A DNA stretch of 64,000 nt, taken from contig JAUCBJ010006887.1 in assembly GCA_032718475.1 (NCBI GenBank), positions 1 through 64,000 on the forward strand, in the 5' to 3' direction. A program made the translations under genes and the position numbers. This stretch comes from Nemertoderma westbladi (taxonomy: Eukaryota; Animalia; Xenacoelomorpha). The notes below the pieces were generated by a model. That model made no database searches and had not been told where the DNA came from. It was given only the letters and a program-made list of their open reading frames with translations. This document shows positions 25,701 through 40,700 of this stretch, piece after piece (within the stretch, counting starts at the first letter, position 1; every line of letters begins with the position of its first letter).

Positions 25701-28700
25701 TTTTTACAATAAGTATCCGCTGTCGAGCGGGCTCCTAAAGTATCCTGCAGATTTTTACAGTAAGTATCCCGCAGATTTTTACAGTAAGTATCCCGCAGAT
25801 TTTTACAGTAAGTATCCCGCTGTCGAGCGGGCTCCTAAAGTATCCCGCAGATTTTTACAGTAAGTATCCCGCAGATTTTTACAGTAAGTATCCCGCTGTC
25901 GAGCGGGCTCCTAAAGTATCCTGCAGATTTTTACAGTAAGTATCCCGCTGTCGAGCGGGCTCCTAAAGTATCCCGCAGATTTTTACAGTAAGTATCCCGC
26001 AGATTTTTACAGTAAGTATCCCGCTGTCGAGCGGGCTCCTAAAGTATCCCGCAGATTTTTACAGTAAGTATCCCGCAGATTTTTACAGTAAGTATCCCGC
26101 TGTCGAGCGGGCTCCTAAAGTATCCTGCAGATTTTTACAGTAAGTATCCCGCAGATTTTTACAGTAAGTATCCCGCAGATTTTTACAGTAAGTATCCCGC
26201 TGTCGAGCGGGCTCCTAAAGTATCCTGCAGATTTTTACAGTAAGTATCCCGCAGATTTTTACAGTAAGTATCCCGCTGTCGAGCGGGCTCCTAAAGTATC
26301 CTGCAGATTTTTACAGTAAGTATCCCGCAGATTTTTACAGTAAGTATCCCGCAGATTTTTACAGTAAGTATCCCGCTGTCGAGCGGGCTCCTAAAGTATC
26401 CTGCAGATTTTTACAGTAAGTATCCCGCAGATTTTTACAGTAAGTATCCCGCAGATTTTTACAGTAAGTATCCCGCTGTCGAGCGGGCTCCTAAAGTATC
26501 CTGCAGATTTTTACAGTAAGTATCCCGCAGATTTTTACAGTAAGTATCCCGCAGATTTTTACAGTAAGTATCCCGCTGTCGAGCGGGCTCCTAAAGTATC
26601 CTGCAGATTTTTACAGTAAGTATCCCGCAGATTTTTACAGTAAGTATCCCGCAGATTTTTACAGTAAGTATCCCGCTGTCGAGCGGGCTCCTAAAGTATC
26701 CTGCAGATTTTTACAGTAAGTATCCCGCAGATTTTTACAGTAAGTATCCCGCTGTCGAGCGGGCTCCTAAAGTATCCCGCAGATTTTTACAGTAAGTATC
26801 CCGCAGATTTTTACAGTAAGTATCCCGCTGTCGAGCGGGCTCCTAAAGTATCCCGCAGATTTTTACAGTAAGTATCCCGCAGATTTTTACAGTAAGTATC
26901 CCGCTGTCGAGCGGGCTCCTAAAGTATCCCGCAGATTTTTACAGTAAGTATCCCGCAGATTTTTACAGTAAGTATCCCGCTGTCGAGCGGGCTCCTAAAG
27001 TATCCCGCAGATTTTTACAGTAAGTATCCCGCAGATTTTTACAGTAAGTATCCCGCAGATTTTTACAGTAAGTATCCCGCTGTCGAGCGGGCTCCTAAAG
27101 TATCCCGCAGATTTTTACAGTAAGTATCCCGCAGATTTTTACAGTAAGTATCCCGCTGTCGAGCGGGCTCCTAAAGTATCCCGCAGATTTTTACAGTAAG
27201 TATCCCGCAGATTTTTACAGTAAGTATCCTGCAGATTTTTACAGTAAGTATCCCGCAGATTTTTACAGTAAGTATCCTGCAGATTTTTACAGTAAGTATC
27301 CCGCAGATTTTTACAGTAAGTATCCTGCAGATTTTTACAGTAAGTATCCCGCAGATTTTTACAGTAAGTATCCCGCTGTCGAGCGGGCTCCTAAAGTATC
27401 CCGCAGATTTTTACAGTAAGTATCCCGCAGATTTTTACAGTAAGTATCCCGCAGATTTTTACAGTAAGTATCCCGCAGATTTTTACAGTAAGTATCCCGC
27501 AGATTTTTACAGTAAGTATCCCGCTGTCGAGCGGGCTCCTAAAGTATCCCGCAGATTTTTACAGTAAGTATCCCGCAGATTTTTACAGTAAGTATCCCGC
27601 AGATTTTTACAGTAAGTATCCCGCTGTCGAGCGGGCTCCTAAAGTATCCTGCAGATTTTTACAGTAAGTATCCCGCAGATTTTTACAGTAAGTATCCCGC
27701 AGATTTTTACAGTAAGTATCCCGCTGTCGAGCGGGCTCCTAAAGTATCCCGCAGATTTTTACAGTAAGTATCCCGCTGTCGAGCGGGCTCCTAAAGTATC
27801 CCGCAGATTTTTACAGTAAGTATCCCGCTGTCGAGCGGGCTCCTAAAGTATCCTGCAGATTTTTACAGTAAGTATCCTGCAGATTTTTACAATAAGTATC
27901 CGCTGTCGAGCGGGCTCCTAAAGTATCCTGCAGATTTTTACAGTAAGTATCCCGCAGATTTTTACAGTAAGTATCCCGCAGATTTTTACAGTAAGTATCC
28001 CGCTGTCGAGCGGGCTCCTAAAGTATCCCGCAGATTTTTACAGTAAGTATCCCGCAGATTTTTACAGTAAGTATCCCGCTGTCGAGCGGGCTCCTAAAGT
28101 ATCCTGCAGATTTTTACAGTAAGTATCCCGCTGTCGAGCGGGCTCCTAAAGTATCCCGCAGATTTTTACAGTAAGTATCCCGCAGATTTTTACAGTAAGT
28201 ATCCCGCTGTCGAGCGGGCTCCTAAAGTATCCCGCAGATTTTTACAGTAAGTATCCCGCAGATTTTTACAGTAAGTATCCCGCTGTCGAGCGGGCTCCTA
28301 AAGTATCCCGCAGATTTTTACAGTAAGTATCCTGCAGATTTTTACAGTAAGTATCCCGCTGTCGAGCGGGCTCCTAAAGTATCCCGCAGATTTTTACAGT
28401 AAGTATCCCGCTGTCGAGCGGGCTCCTAAAGTATCCCGCAGATTTTTACAGTAAGTATCCCGCAGATTTTTACAGTAAGTATCCCGCAGATTTTTACAGT
28501 AAGTATCCCGCAGATTTTTACAGTAAGTATCCTGCAGATTTTTACAGTAAGTATCCCGCTGTCGAGCGGGCTCCTAAAGTATCCTGCAGATTTTTACAGT
28601 AAGTATCCCGCTGTCGATCGGGCTCCTAAAGTATCCTGCAGATTTTTACAGTAAGTATCCCGCTGTCGATCGGGCTCCTAAAGTATCCTGCAGATTTTTA

Positions 28701-31700
28701 CAGTAAGTATCCCGCTGTCGATCGGGCTCCTAAAGTATCCTGCAGATTTTTACAGTAAGTATCCCGCTGTCGAGCGGGCTCCTAAAGTATCCTGCAGATT
28801 TTTACAGTAAGTATCCTGCAGATTTTTACAGTAAGTATCCTGCAGATTTTTACAGTAAGTATCCCGCTGTCGAGCGGGCTCCTAAAGTATCCTGCAGATT
28901 TTTACAGTAAGTATCCCGCTGTCGAGCGGGCTCCTAAAGTATCCCGCAGATTTTTACAGTAAGTATCCCGCTGTCGAGCGGGCTCCTAAAGTATCCCGCA
29001 GATTTTTACAGTAAGTATCCCGCAGATTTTTACAGTAAGTATCCTGCAGATTTTTACAGTAAGTATCCCGCTGTCGAGCGGGCTCCTAAAGTATCCTGCA
29101 GATTTTTACAGTAAGTATCCCGCAGATTTTTACAGTAAGTATCCTGCAGATTTTTACAGTAAGTATCCCGCTGTCGAGCGGGCTCCTAAAGTATCCTGCA
29201 GATTTTTACAGTAAGTATCCCGCTGTCGAGCGGGCTCCTAAAGTATCCCGCAGATTTTTACAGTAAGTATCCCGCTGTCGAGCGGGCTCCTAAAGTATCC
29301 CGCAGATTTTTACAGTAAGTATCCCGCAGATTTTTACAGTAAGTATCCCGCTGTCGAGCGGGCTCCTAAAGTATCCTGCAGATTTTTACAGTAAGTATCC
29401 CGCAGATTTTTACAGTAAGTATCCCGCTGTCGAGCGGGCTCCTAAAGTATCCCGCAGATTTTTACAGTAAGTATCCCGCAGATTTTTACAGTAAGTATCC
29501 CGCAGATTTTTACAGTAAGTATCCTGCAGATTTTTACAGTAAGTATCCCGCTGTCGAGCGGGCTCCTAAAGTATCCTGCAGATTTTTACAGTAAGTATCC
29601 CGCTGTCGAGCGGGCTCCTAAAGTATCCCGCAGATTTTTACAGTAAGTATCCCGCAGATTTTTACAGTAAGTATCCCGCTGTCGAGCGGGCTCCTAAAGT
29701 ATCCTGCAGATTTTTACAGTAAGTATCCCGCAGATTTTTACAGTAAGTATCCCGCTGTCGAGCGGGCTCCTAAAGTATCCCGCAGATTTTTACAGTAAGT
29801 ATCCCGCAGATTTTTACAGTAAGTATCCCGCAGATTTTTACAGTAAGTATCCCGCTGTCGAGCGGGCTCCTAAAGTATCCCGCAGATTTTACAGTAAGTA
29901 TCCCGCTGTCGAGCGGGCTCCTAAAGTATCCTGCAGATTTTTACAGTAAGTATCCCGCTGTCGAGCGGGCTCCTAAAGTATCCTGCAGATTTTTACAGTA
30001 AGTATCCTGCAGATTTTTACAGTAAGTATCCCGCTGTCGAGCGGGCTCCTAAAGTATCCTGCAGATTTTTACAGTAAGTATCCCGCTGTCGAGCGGGCTC
30101 CTAAAGTATCCCGCAGATTTTTACAGTAAGTATCCCGCTGTCGAGCGGGCTCCTAAAGTATCCTGCAGATTTTTACAGTAAGTATCCCGCTGTCGAGCGG
30201 GCTCCTAAAGTATCCTGCAGATTTTTACAGTAAGTATCCTGCAGATTTTTACAGTAAGTATCCCGCTGTCGAGCGGGCTCCTAAAGTATCCTGCAGATTT
30301 TTACAGTAAGTATCCCGCTGTCGAGCGGGCTCCTAAAGTATCCCGCAGATTTTTACAGTAAGTATCCCGCTGTCGAGCGGGCTCCTAAAGTATCCCGCAG
30401 ATTTTTACAGTAAGTATCCACTGTCGAGCGGGCTCCTAAAGTATCCTGCAGATTTTTACAGTAAGTATCCCGCTGTCGAGCGGGCTCCTAAAGTAACCTG
30501 CAGATTTTTACAGTAAGTATCCTGCAGATTTTTACAGTAAGTATCCTGCAGATTTTTACAGTAAGTATCCCGCTGTCGAGCGGGCTCCTAAAGTATCCTG
30601 CAGATTTTTACAGTAAGTATCCGCTGTCGGGCGGGCTCCTAAAGTAACCTGCAGATTTTTACAGTAAGTATCCGCTGTCGAGCGGGCTCCTAAAGTATCC
30701 TGCAGATTTTTACAGTAAGTATCCCGCTGTCGAGCGGGCTCCTAAAGTATCCTGCAGATTTTTACAGTAAGTATCCGCTGTCGAGCGGGCTCCTAAAGTA
30801 TCCTGCAGATTTTTACAGTAAGTATCCGCTGTCGGGCGGGCTCCTAAAGTAACCTGCAGATTTTTACAGTAAGTATCCGCTGTCGAGCGGGCTCCTAAAG
30901 TATCCTGCAGATTTTTACAGTAAGTATCCCGCTGTCGAGCGGGCTCCTAAAGTATCCTGCAGATTTTTACAGTAAGTAACCTGCTGTCGAGCGGGCTCCT
31001 AAAGTATCCTGCAGATTTTTACAGTAAGTATCCCGCTGTCGAGCGGGCTCCTAAAGTATCCTGCAGATTTTTACAGTAAGTAACCTGCTGTCGAGCGGGC
31101 TCCTAAAGTATCCCGCAGATTTTTACAGTAAGTATCCACTGTCGAGCGGGCTCCTAAAGTATCCTGCAGATTTTTACAGTAAGTATCCCGCTGTCGAGCG
31201 GGCTCCTAAAGTAACCTGCAGATTTTTACAGTAAGTATCCTGCAGATTTTTACAGTAAGTATCCTGCAGATTTTTACAGTAAGTATCCCGCTGTCGAGCG
31301 GGCTCCTAAAGTATCCTGCAGATTTTTACAGTAAGTATCCGCTGTCGAGCGGGCTCCTAAAGTAACCTGCAGATTTTTACAGTAAGTATCCTGCAGATTT
31401 TTACAGTAAGTATCCTGCAGATTTTTACAGTAAGTATCCCGCTGTCGAGCGGGCTCCTAAAGTATCCTGCAGATTTTTACAGTAAGTATCCCGCAGATTT
31501 TTACAGTAAGTATCCCGCAGATTTTTACAGTAAGTATCCCGCAGATTTTTACAGTAAGTATCCCGCAGATTTTTACAGTAAGTATCCCGCAGATTTTTAC
31601 AGTAAGTATCCCGCAGATTTTTACAGTAAGTATCCTGCAGATTTTTACAGTAAGTATCCCGCTGTCGAGCGGGCTCCTAAAGTATCCTGCAGATTTTTAC

Positions 31701-34700
31701 AGTAAGTATCCCGCTGTCGAGCGGGCTCCTAAAGTAACCTGCAGATTTTTACAGTAAGTATCCCGCTGTCGAGCGGGCTCCTAAAGTAACCTGCAGATTT
31801 TTACAGTAAGTATCCCGCTGTCGAGCGGGCTCCTAAAGTATCCCGCAGATTTTTACAGTAAGTATCCCGCTGTCGAGCGGGCTCCTAAAGTATCCTGCAG
31901 ATTTTTACAGTAAGTATCCCGCTGTCGAGCGGGCTCCTAAAGTATCCTGCAGATTTTTACAGTAAGTATCCCGCAGATTTTTACAGTAAGTATCCCGCTG
32001 TCGAGCGGGCTCCTAAAGTATCCTGCAGATTTTTACAGTAAGTATCCCGCAGATTTTTACAGTAAGTATCCCGCTGTCGAGCGGGCTCCTAAAGTATCCC
32101 GCAGATTTTTACAGTAAGTATCCCGCTGTCGAGCGGGCTCCTAAAGTATCCTGCAGATTTTTACAGTAAGTATCCCGCAGATTTTTACAGTAAGTATCCC
32201 GCACATTTTTACAGTAAGTATCCCGCTGTCGAGCGGGCTCCTAAAGTATCCTGCAGATTTTTACAGTAAGTATCCCGCTGTCGAGCGGGCTCCTAAAGTA
32301 TCCTGCAGATTTTTACAGTAAGTATCCCGCTGTCGAGCGGGCTCCTAAAGTATCCTGCAGATTTTTACAGTAAGTATCCCGCAGATTTTTACAGTAAGTA
32401 TCCCGCTGTCGAGCGGGCTCCTAAAGTATCCCGCAGATTTTTACAGTAAGTATCCCGCTGTCGAGCGGGCTCCTAAAGTATCCCGCAGATTTTTACAGTA
32501 AGTATCCCGCTGTCGAGCGGGCTCCTAAAGTATCCCGCAGATTTTTACAGTAAGTATCCCGCAGATTTTTACAGTAAGTATCCCGCAGATTTTTACAGTA
32601 AGTATCCTGCAGATTTTTACAGTAAGTATCCCGCTGTCGAGCGGGCTCCTAAAGTATCCCGCAGATTTTTACAGTAAGTATCCCGCTGTCGAGCGGGCTC
32701 CTAAAGTATCCTGCAGATTTTTACAGTAAGTATCCCGCTGTCGAGCGGGCTCCTAAAGTATCCTGCAGATTTTTACAGTAAGTATCCTGCAGATTTTTAC
32801 AGTAAGTATCCCGCTGTCGAGCGGGCTCCTAAAGTATCCTGCAGATTTTTACAGTAAGTATCCCGCAGATTTTTACAGTAAGTATCCTGCAGATTTTTAC
32901 AGTAAGTATCCCGCTGTCGAGCGGGCTCCTAAAGTATCCTGCAGATTTTTACAGTAAGTATCCCGCTGTCGAGCGGGCTCCTAAAGTATCCTGCAGATTT
33001 TTACAGTAAGTATCCCGCTGTCGAGCGGGCTCCTAAAGTATCCTGCAGATTTTTACAGTAAGTATCCCGCTGTCGAGCGGGCTCCTAAAGTATCCTGCAG
33101 ATTTTTACAGTAAGTATCCCGCTGTCGAGCGGGCTCCTAAAGTATCCTGCAGATTTTTACAGTAAGTATCCCGTTGTCGAGCGGGCTCCTAAAGTATCCC
33201 GCAGATTTTTACAGTAAGTATCCCGCAGATTTTTACAGTAAGTATCCCGCTGTCGAGCGGGGTCCTAAAGTATCCTGCAGATTTTTACAGTAAGTATCCC
33301 GCAGATTTTTACAGTAAGTATCCTGCAGATTTTTACAGTAAGTATCCCGCTGTCGAGCGGGCTCCTAAAGTATCCTGCAGATTTTTACAGTAAGTATCCC
33401 GCTGTCGAGCGGGCTCCTAAAGTATCCTGCAGATTTTTACAGTAAGTATCCCGTTGTCGAGCGGGCTCCTAAAGTATCCCGCAGATTTTTACAGTAAGTA
33501 TCCCGCAGATTTTTACAGTAAGTATCCCGCTGTCGAGCGGGCTCCTAAAGTATCCTGCAGATTTTTACAGTAAGTATCCCGCTGTCGAGCGGGCTCCTAA
33601 AGTATCCCGCAGATTTTTACAGTAAGTATCCTGCAGATTTTTACAGTAAGTATCCCGCTGTCGAGCGGGCTCCTAAAGTATCCTGCAGATTTTTACAGTA
33701 AGTATCCCGCTGTCGAGCGGGCTCCTAAAGTATCCTGCAGATTTTTACAGTAAGTATCCCGCTGTCGAGCGGGCTCCTAAAGTAACCTGCAGAGTTTTAC
33801 AGTAAGTATCCCGCTGTCGAGCGGGCTCCTAAAGTATCCTGCAGATTTTTACAGTAAGTATCCCGCTGTCGAGCGGGCTCCTAAAGTATCCCGCAGATTT
33901 TTACAGTAAGTATCCCGCAGATTTTTACAGTAAGTATCCTGCAGATTTTTACAGTAAGTATCCCGCTGTCGAGCGGGCTCCTAAAGTATCCTGCAGATTT
34001 TTACAGTAAGTATCCCGCTGTCGAGCGGGCTCCTAAAGTATCCCGCAGATTTTTACAGTAAGTATCCCGCAGATTTTTACAGTAAGTATCCTGCAGATTT
34101 TTACAGTAAGTATCCCGCTGTCGAGCGGGCTCCTAAAGTATCCTGCAGATTTTTACAGTAAGTATCCCGCTGTCGAGCGGGCTCCTAAAGTATCCCGCAG
34201 ATTTTTACAGTAAGTATCCCGCAGATTTTTACAGTAAGTATCCTGCAGATTTTTACAGTAAGTATCCCGCTGTCGAGCGGGCTCCTAAAGTATCCCGCAG
34301 ATTTTTACAGTAAGTATCCCGCTGTCGAGCGGGCTCCTAAAGTATCCCGCAGATTTTTACAGTAAGTATCCCGCTGTCGAGCGGGCTCCTAAAGTATCCT
34401 GCAGATTTTTACAGTAAGTATCCCGCAGATTTTTACAGTAAGTATCCCGCAGATTTTTACAGTAAGTATCCCGCAGATTTTTACAGTAAGTATCCCGCTG
34501 TCGAGCGGGCTCCTAAAGTATCCTGCAGATTTTTACAGTAAGTATCCCGCAGATTTTTACAGTAAGTATCCCGCTGTCGAGCGGGCTCCTAAAGTATCCT
34601 GCAGATTTTTACAGTAAGTATCCCGCTGTCGAGCGGGCTCCTAAAGTATCCCGCAGATTTTTACAGTAAGTATCCTGCAGATTTTTACAGTAAGTATCCC

Positions 34701-37700
34701 GCTGTCGAGCGGGCTCCTAAAGTATCCTGCAGATTTTTACAGTAAGTATCCCGCTGTCGAGCGGGCTCCTAAAGTATCCTGCAGATTTTTACAGTAAGTA
34801 TCCCGCTGTCGAGCGGGCTCCTAAAGTAACCTGCAGAGTTTTACAGTAAGTATCCCGCTGTCGAGCGCGCTCCTAAAGTATCCTGCAGATTTTTACAGTA
34901 AGTATCCCGCTGTCGAGCGGGCTCCTAAAGTATCCCGCAGATTTTTACAGTAAGTATCCCGCAGATTTTTACAGTAAGTATCCTGCAGATTTTTACAGTA
35001 AGTATCCCGCTGTCGAGCGGGCTCCTAAAGTATCCTGCAGATTTTTACAGTAAGTATCCCGCTGTCGAGCGGGCTCCTAAAGTATCCCGCAGATTTTTAC
35101 AGTAAGTATCCCGCAGATTTTTACAGTAAGTATCCTGCAGATTTTTACAGTAAGTATCCCGCTGTCGAGCGGGCTCCTAAAGTATCCCGCAGATTTTTAC
35201 AGTAAGTATCCCGCTGTCGAGCGGGCTCCTAAAGTATCCCGCAGATTTTTACAGTAAGTATCCCGCTGTCGAGCGGGCTCCTAAAGTATCCTGCAGATTT
35301 TTACAGTAAGTATCCCGCAGATTTTTACAGTAAGTATCCCGCAGATTTTTACAGTAAGTATCCCGCAGATTTTTACAGTAAGTATCCTGCAGATTTTTAC
35401 AGTAAGTATCCTGCAGATTTTTACAGTAAGTATCCTGCAGATTTTTACAGTAAGTATCCTGCAGATTTTTACAGTAAGTATCCCGCTGTCGAGCGGGCTC
35501 CTAAAGTATCCCGCAGATTTTTACAGTAAGTATCCCGCAGATTTTTACAGTAAGTATCCCGCAGATTTTTACAGTAAGTATCCCGCAGATTTTTACAGTA
35601 AGTATCCTGCAGATTTTTACAGTAAGTATCCTGCAGATTTTTACAGTAAGTATCCCGCAGATTTTTACAGTAAGTATCCCGCAGATTTTTACAGTAAGTA
35701 TCCTGCAGATTTTTACAGTAAGTATCCCGCTGTCGAGCGGGCTCCTAAAGTATCCTGCAGATTTTTACAGTAAGTATCCCGCAGATTTTTACAGTAAGTA
35801 TCCCGCAGATTTTTACAGTAAGTATCCTGCAGATTTTTACAGTAAGTATCCCGCTGTCGAGCGGGCTCCTAAAGTATCCCGCAGATTTTTACAGTAAGTA
35901 TCCCGCAGATTTTTACAGTAAGTATCCTGCAGATTTTTACAGTAAGTATCCTGCAGATTTTTACAGTAAGTATCCTGCAGATTTTTACAGTAAGTATCCC
36001 GCTGTCGAGCGGGCTCCTAAAGTATCCTGCAGATTTTTACAGTAAGTATCCCGCTGTCGAGCGGGCTCCTAAAGTATCCCGCAGATTTTTACAGTAAGTA
36101 TCCCGCAGATTTTTACAGTAAGTATCCCGCTGTCGAGCGGGCTCCTAAAGTATCCTGCAGATTTTTACAGTAAGTATCCCGCTGTCGAGCGGGCTCCTAA
36201 AGTATCCCGCAGATTTTTACAGTAAGTATCCCGCAGATTTTTACAGTAAGTATCCCGCTGTCGAGCGGGCTCCTAAAGTATCCTGCAGATTTTTACAGTA
36301 AGTATCCCGCTGTCGAGCGGGCTCCTAAAGTATCCCGCAGATTTTTACAGTAAGTATCCTGCAGATTTTTACAGTAAGTATCCCGCTGTCGAGCGGGCTC
36401 CTAAAGTATCCTGCAGATTTTTACAGTAAGTATCCCGCTGTCGAGCGGGCTCCTAAAGTATCCTGCAGATTTTTACAGTAAGTATCCCGCTGTCGAGCGG
36501 GCTCCTAAAGTATCCCGCAGATTTTTACAGTAAGTATCCCGCAGATTTTTACAGTAAGTATCCTGCAGATTTTTACAGTAAGTATCCCGCTGTCGAGCGG
36601 GCTCCTAAAGTATCCTGCAGATTTTTACAGTAAGTATCCCGCTGTCGAGCGGGCTCCTAAAGTATCCCGCAGATTTTTACAGTAAGTATCCCGCAGATTT
36701 TTACAGTAAGTATCCCGCTGTCGAGCGGGCTCCTAAAGTATCCTGCAGATTTTTACAGTAAGTATCCCGCTGTCGAGCGGGCTCCTAAAGTATCCTGCAG
36801 ATTTTTACAGTAAGTATCCCGCTGTCGAGCGGGCTCCTAAAGTATCCTGCAGATTTTTACAGTAAGTATCCCGCTGTCGAGCGGGCTCCTAAAGTATCCC
36901 GCAGATTTTTACAGTAAGTATCCCGCAGATTTTTACAGTAAGTATCCCGCAGATTTTTACAGTAATGATCCTGCAGATTTTTACAGTAAGTATCCCGCAG
37001 ATTTTTACAGTAAGTATCCTGCAGATTTTTACAGTAAGTATCCCGCTGTCGAGCGGGCTCCTAAAGTATCCTGCAGATTTTTACAGTAAGTATCCTGCAG
37101 ATTTTTACAGTAAGTATCCTGCAGATTTTTACAGTAAGTATCCTGCAGATTTTTACAGTAAGTATCCCGCTGTCGAGCGGGCTCCTAAAGTAACCTGCAG
37201 ATTTTTACAGTAAGTATCCCGCTGTCGAGCGGGCTCCTAAAGTATCCCGCAGATTTTTACAGTAAGTATCCCGCAGATTTTTACAGTAAGTATCCCGCAG
37301 ATTTTTACAGTAAGTATCCTGCAGATTTTTACAGTAAGTATCCTGCAGATTTTTACAGTAAGTATCCCGCTGTCGAGCGGGCTCCTAAAGTATCCCGCAG
37401 ATTTTTACAGTAAGTATCCCGCAGATTTTTACAGTAAGTATCCCGCAGATTTTTACAGTAAGTATCCCGCAGATTTTTACAGTAAGTATCCTGCAGATTT
37501 TTACAGTAAGTATCCTGCAGATTTTTACAGTAAGTATCCCGCTGTCGAGCGGGCTCCTAAAGTAACCTGCAGATTTTTACAGTAAGTATCCCGCTGTCGA
37601 GCGGGCTCCTAAAGTATCCCGCAGATTTTTACAGTAAGTATCCCGCAGATTTTTACAGTAAGTATCCTGCAGATTTTTACAGTAAGTATCCTGCAGATTT

Positions 37701-40700
37701 TTACAGTAAGTATCCTGCAGATTTTTACAGTAAGTATCCCGCAGATTTTTACAGTAAGTATCCCGCAGATTTTTACAGTAAGTATCCCGCAGATTTTTAC
37801 AGTAAGTATCCTGCAGATTTTTACAGTAAGTATCCTGCAGATTTTTACAGTAAGTATCCCGCTGTCGAGCGGGCTCCTAAAGTATCCCGCAGATTTTTAC
37901 AGTAAGTATCCTGCAGATTTTTACAGTAAGTATCCTGCAGATTTTTACAGTAAGTATCCCGCTGTCGAGCGGGCTCCTAAAGTATCCTGCAGATTTTTAC
38001 AGTAAGTATCCCGCTGTCGAGCGGGCTCCTAAAGTATCCTGCAGATTTTTACAGTAAGTATCCCGCTGTCGAGCGGGCTCCTAAAGTATCCTGCAGATTT
38101 TTACAGTAAGTATCCCGCTGTCGAGCGGGCTCCTAAAGTATCCCGCAGATTTTTACAGTAAGTATCCCGCAGATTTTTACAGTAAGTATCCTGCAGATTT
38201 TTACAGTAAGTATCCCGCTGTCGAGCGGGCTCCTAAAGTATCCTGCAGATTTTTACAGTAAGTATCCCGCTGTCGAGCGGGCTCCTAAAGTATCCCGCAG
38301 ATTTTTACAGTAAGTATCCCGCAGATTTTTACAGTAAGTATCCTGCAGATTTTTACAGTAAGTATCCCGCTGTCGAGCGGGCTCCTAAAGTATCCTGCAG
38401 ATTTTTACAGTAAGTATCCCGCTGTCGAGCGGGCTCCTAAAGTATCCTGCAGATTTTTACAGTAAGTATCCCGCTGTCGAGCGGGCTCCTAAAGTATCCT
38501 GCAGATTTTTACAGTAAGTATCCCGCTGTCGAGCGGGCTCCTAAAGTATCCTGCAGATTTTTACAGTAAGTATCCCGCTGTCGAGCGGGCTCCTAAAGTA
38601 TCCTGCAGATTTTTACAGTAAGTATCCCGCTGTCGAGTGGGCTCCTAAGTATCCTGCAGATTTTTACAGTAAGTATCCGCTGTCGAGCGGGCTCCTAAAG
38701 TATCCTGCAGATTTTTACAGTAAGTATCCTGCAGATTTTTACAGTAAGTATCCCGCAGATTTTTACAGTAAGTATCCCGCAGATTTTTACAGTAAGTATC
38801 CTGCAGATTTTTACAGTAAGTATCCCGCTGTCGAGCGGGCTCCTAAAGTATCCTGCAGATTTTTACAGTAAGTATCCCGCTGTCGAGCGGGCTCCTAAAG
38901 TATCCTGCAGATTTTTACAGTAAGTATCCCGCTGTCGAGCGGGCTCCTAAAGTATCCCGCAGATTTTTACAGTAAGTATCCCGCAGATTTTTACAGTAAG
39001 TATCCTGCAGATTTTTACAGTAAGTATCCTGCAGATTTTTACAGTAAGTATCCCGCAGATTTTTACAGTAAGTATCCTGCAGATTTTTACAGTAAGTATC
39101 CCGCTGTCGAGCGGGCTCCTAAAGTATCCTGCAGATTTTTACAGTAAGTATCCCGCAGATTTTTACAGTAAGTATCCTGCAGATTTTTACAGTAAGTATC
39201 CCGCAGATTTTTACAGTAAGTATCCTGCAGATTTTTACAGTAAGTATCCCGCTGTCGAGCGGGCTCCTAAAGTATCCTGCAGATTTTTACAGTAAGTATC
39301 CCGCAGATTTTTACAGTAAGTATCCTGCAGATTTTTACAGTAAGTATCCCGCAGATTTTTACAGTAAGTATCCTGCAGATTTTTACAGTAAGTATCCTGC
39401 AGATTTTTACAGTAAGTATCCCGCTGTCGAGCGGGCTCCTAAAGTATCCCGCAGATTTTTACAGTAAGTATCCTGCAGATTTTTACAGTAAGTATCCCGC
39501 AGATTTTTACAGTAAGTATCCTGCAGATTTTTACAGTAAGTATCCTGCAGATTTTTACAGTAAGTATCCTGCAGATTTTTACAGTAAGTATCCCGCTGTC
39601 GAGCGGGCTCCTAAAGTATCCCGCAGATTTTTACAGTAAGTATCCCGCAGATTTTTACAGTAAGTATCCTGCAGATTTTTACAGTAAGTATCCCGCAGAT
39701 TTTTACATTAAGTATCCTGCAGATTTTTACAGTAAGTATCCTGCAGATTTTTACAGTAAGTATCCCGCTGTCGAGCGGGCTCCTAAAGTATCCCGCAGAT
39801 TTTTACAGTAAGTATCCCGCAGATTTTTACAGTAAGTATCCTGCAGATTTTTACAGTAAGTATCCCGCTGTCGAGCGGGCTCCTAAAGTATCCTGCAGAT
39901 TTTTACAGTAAGTATCCCGCTGTCGAGCGGGCTCCTAAAGTATCCTGCAGATTTTTACAGTAAGTATCCCGCTGTCGAGCGGGCTCCTAAAGTATCCTGC
40001 AGATTTTTACAGTAAGTATCCCGCTGTCGAGCGGGCTCCTAAAGTATCCTGCAGATTTTTACAGTAAGTATCCCGCTGTCGAGCGGGCTCCTAAAGTATC
40101 CTGCAGATTTTTACAGTAAGTATCCCGCTGTCGAGCGGGCTCCTAAAGTATCCTGCAGATTTTTACAGTAAGTATCCCGCTGTCGAGCGGGCTCCTAAAG
40201 TATCCCGCAGATTTTTACAGTAAGTATCCCGCAGATTTTTACAGTAAGTATCCTGCAGATTTTTACAGTAAGTATCCCGCTGTCGATCGGGCTCCTAAAG
40301 TATCCCGCAGATTTTTACAGTAAGTATCCCGCTGTCGAGCGGGCTCCTAAAGTATCCCGCAGATTTTTACAGTAAGTATCCCGCAGATTTTTACAGTAAG
40401 TATCCTGCAGATTTTTACAGTAAGTATCCCGCTGTCGAGCGGGCTCCTAAAGTATCCTGCAGATTTTTACAGTAAGTATCCCGCTGTCGAGCGGGCTCCT
40501 AAAGTATCCCGCAGATTTTTACAGTAAGTATCCCGCAGATTTTTACAGTAAGTATCCTGCAGATTTTTACAGTAAGTATCCCGCTGTCGAGCGGGCTCCT
40601 AAAGTATCCTGCAGATTTTTACAGTAAGTATCCCGCTGTCGAGCGGGCTCCTAAAGTATCCTGCAGATTTTTACAGTAAGTATCCCGCTGTCGAGCGGGC

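Noticed and set aside
36965-37213. 82-aa ORF in the array (also 50838-51083 and 515-703)
   Set aside because: Chance translations of satellite units (KYPADFYS, TVKICRIL, DTYCKNLQ); the 36965 start comes from a one-off variant.
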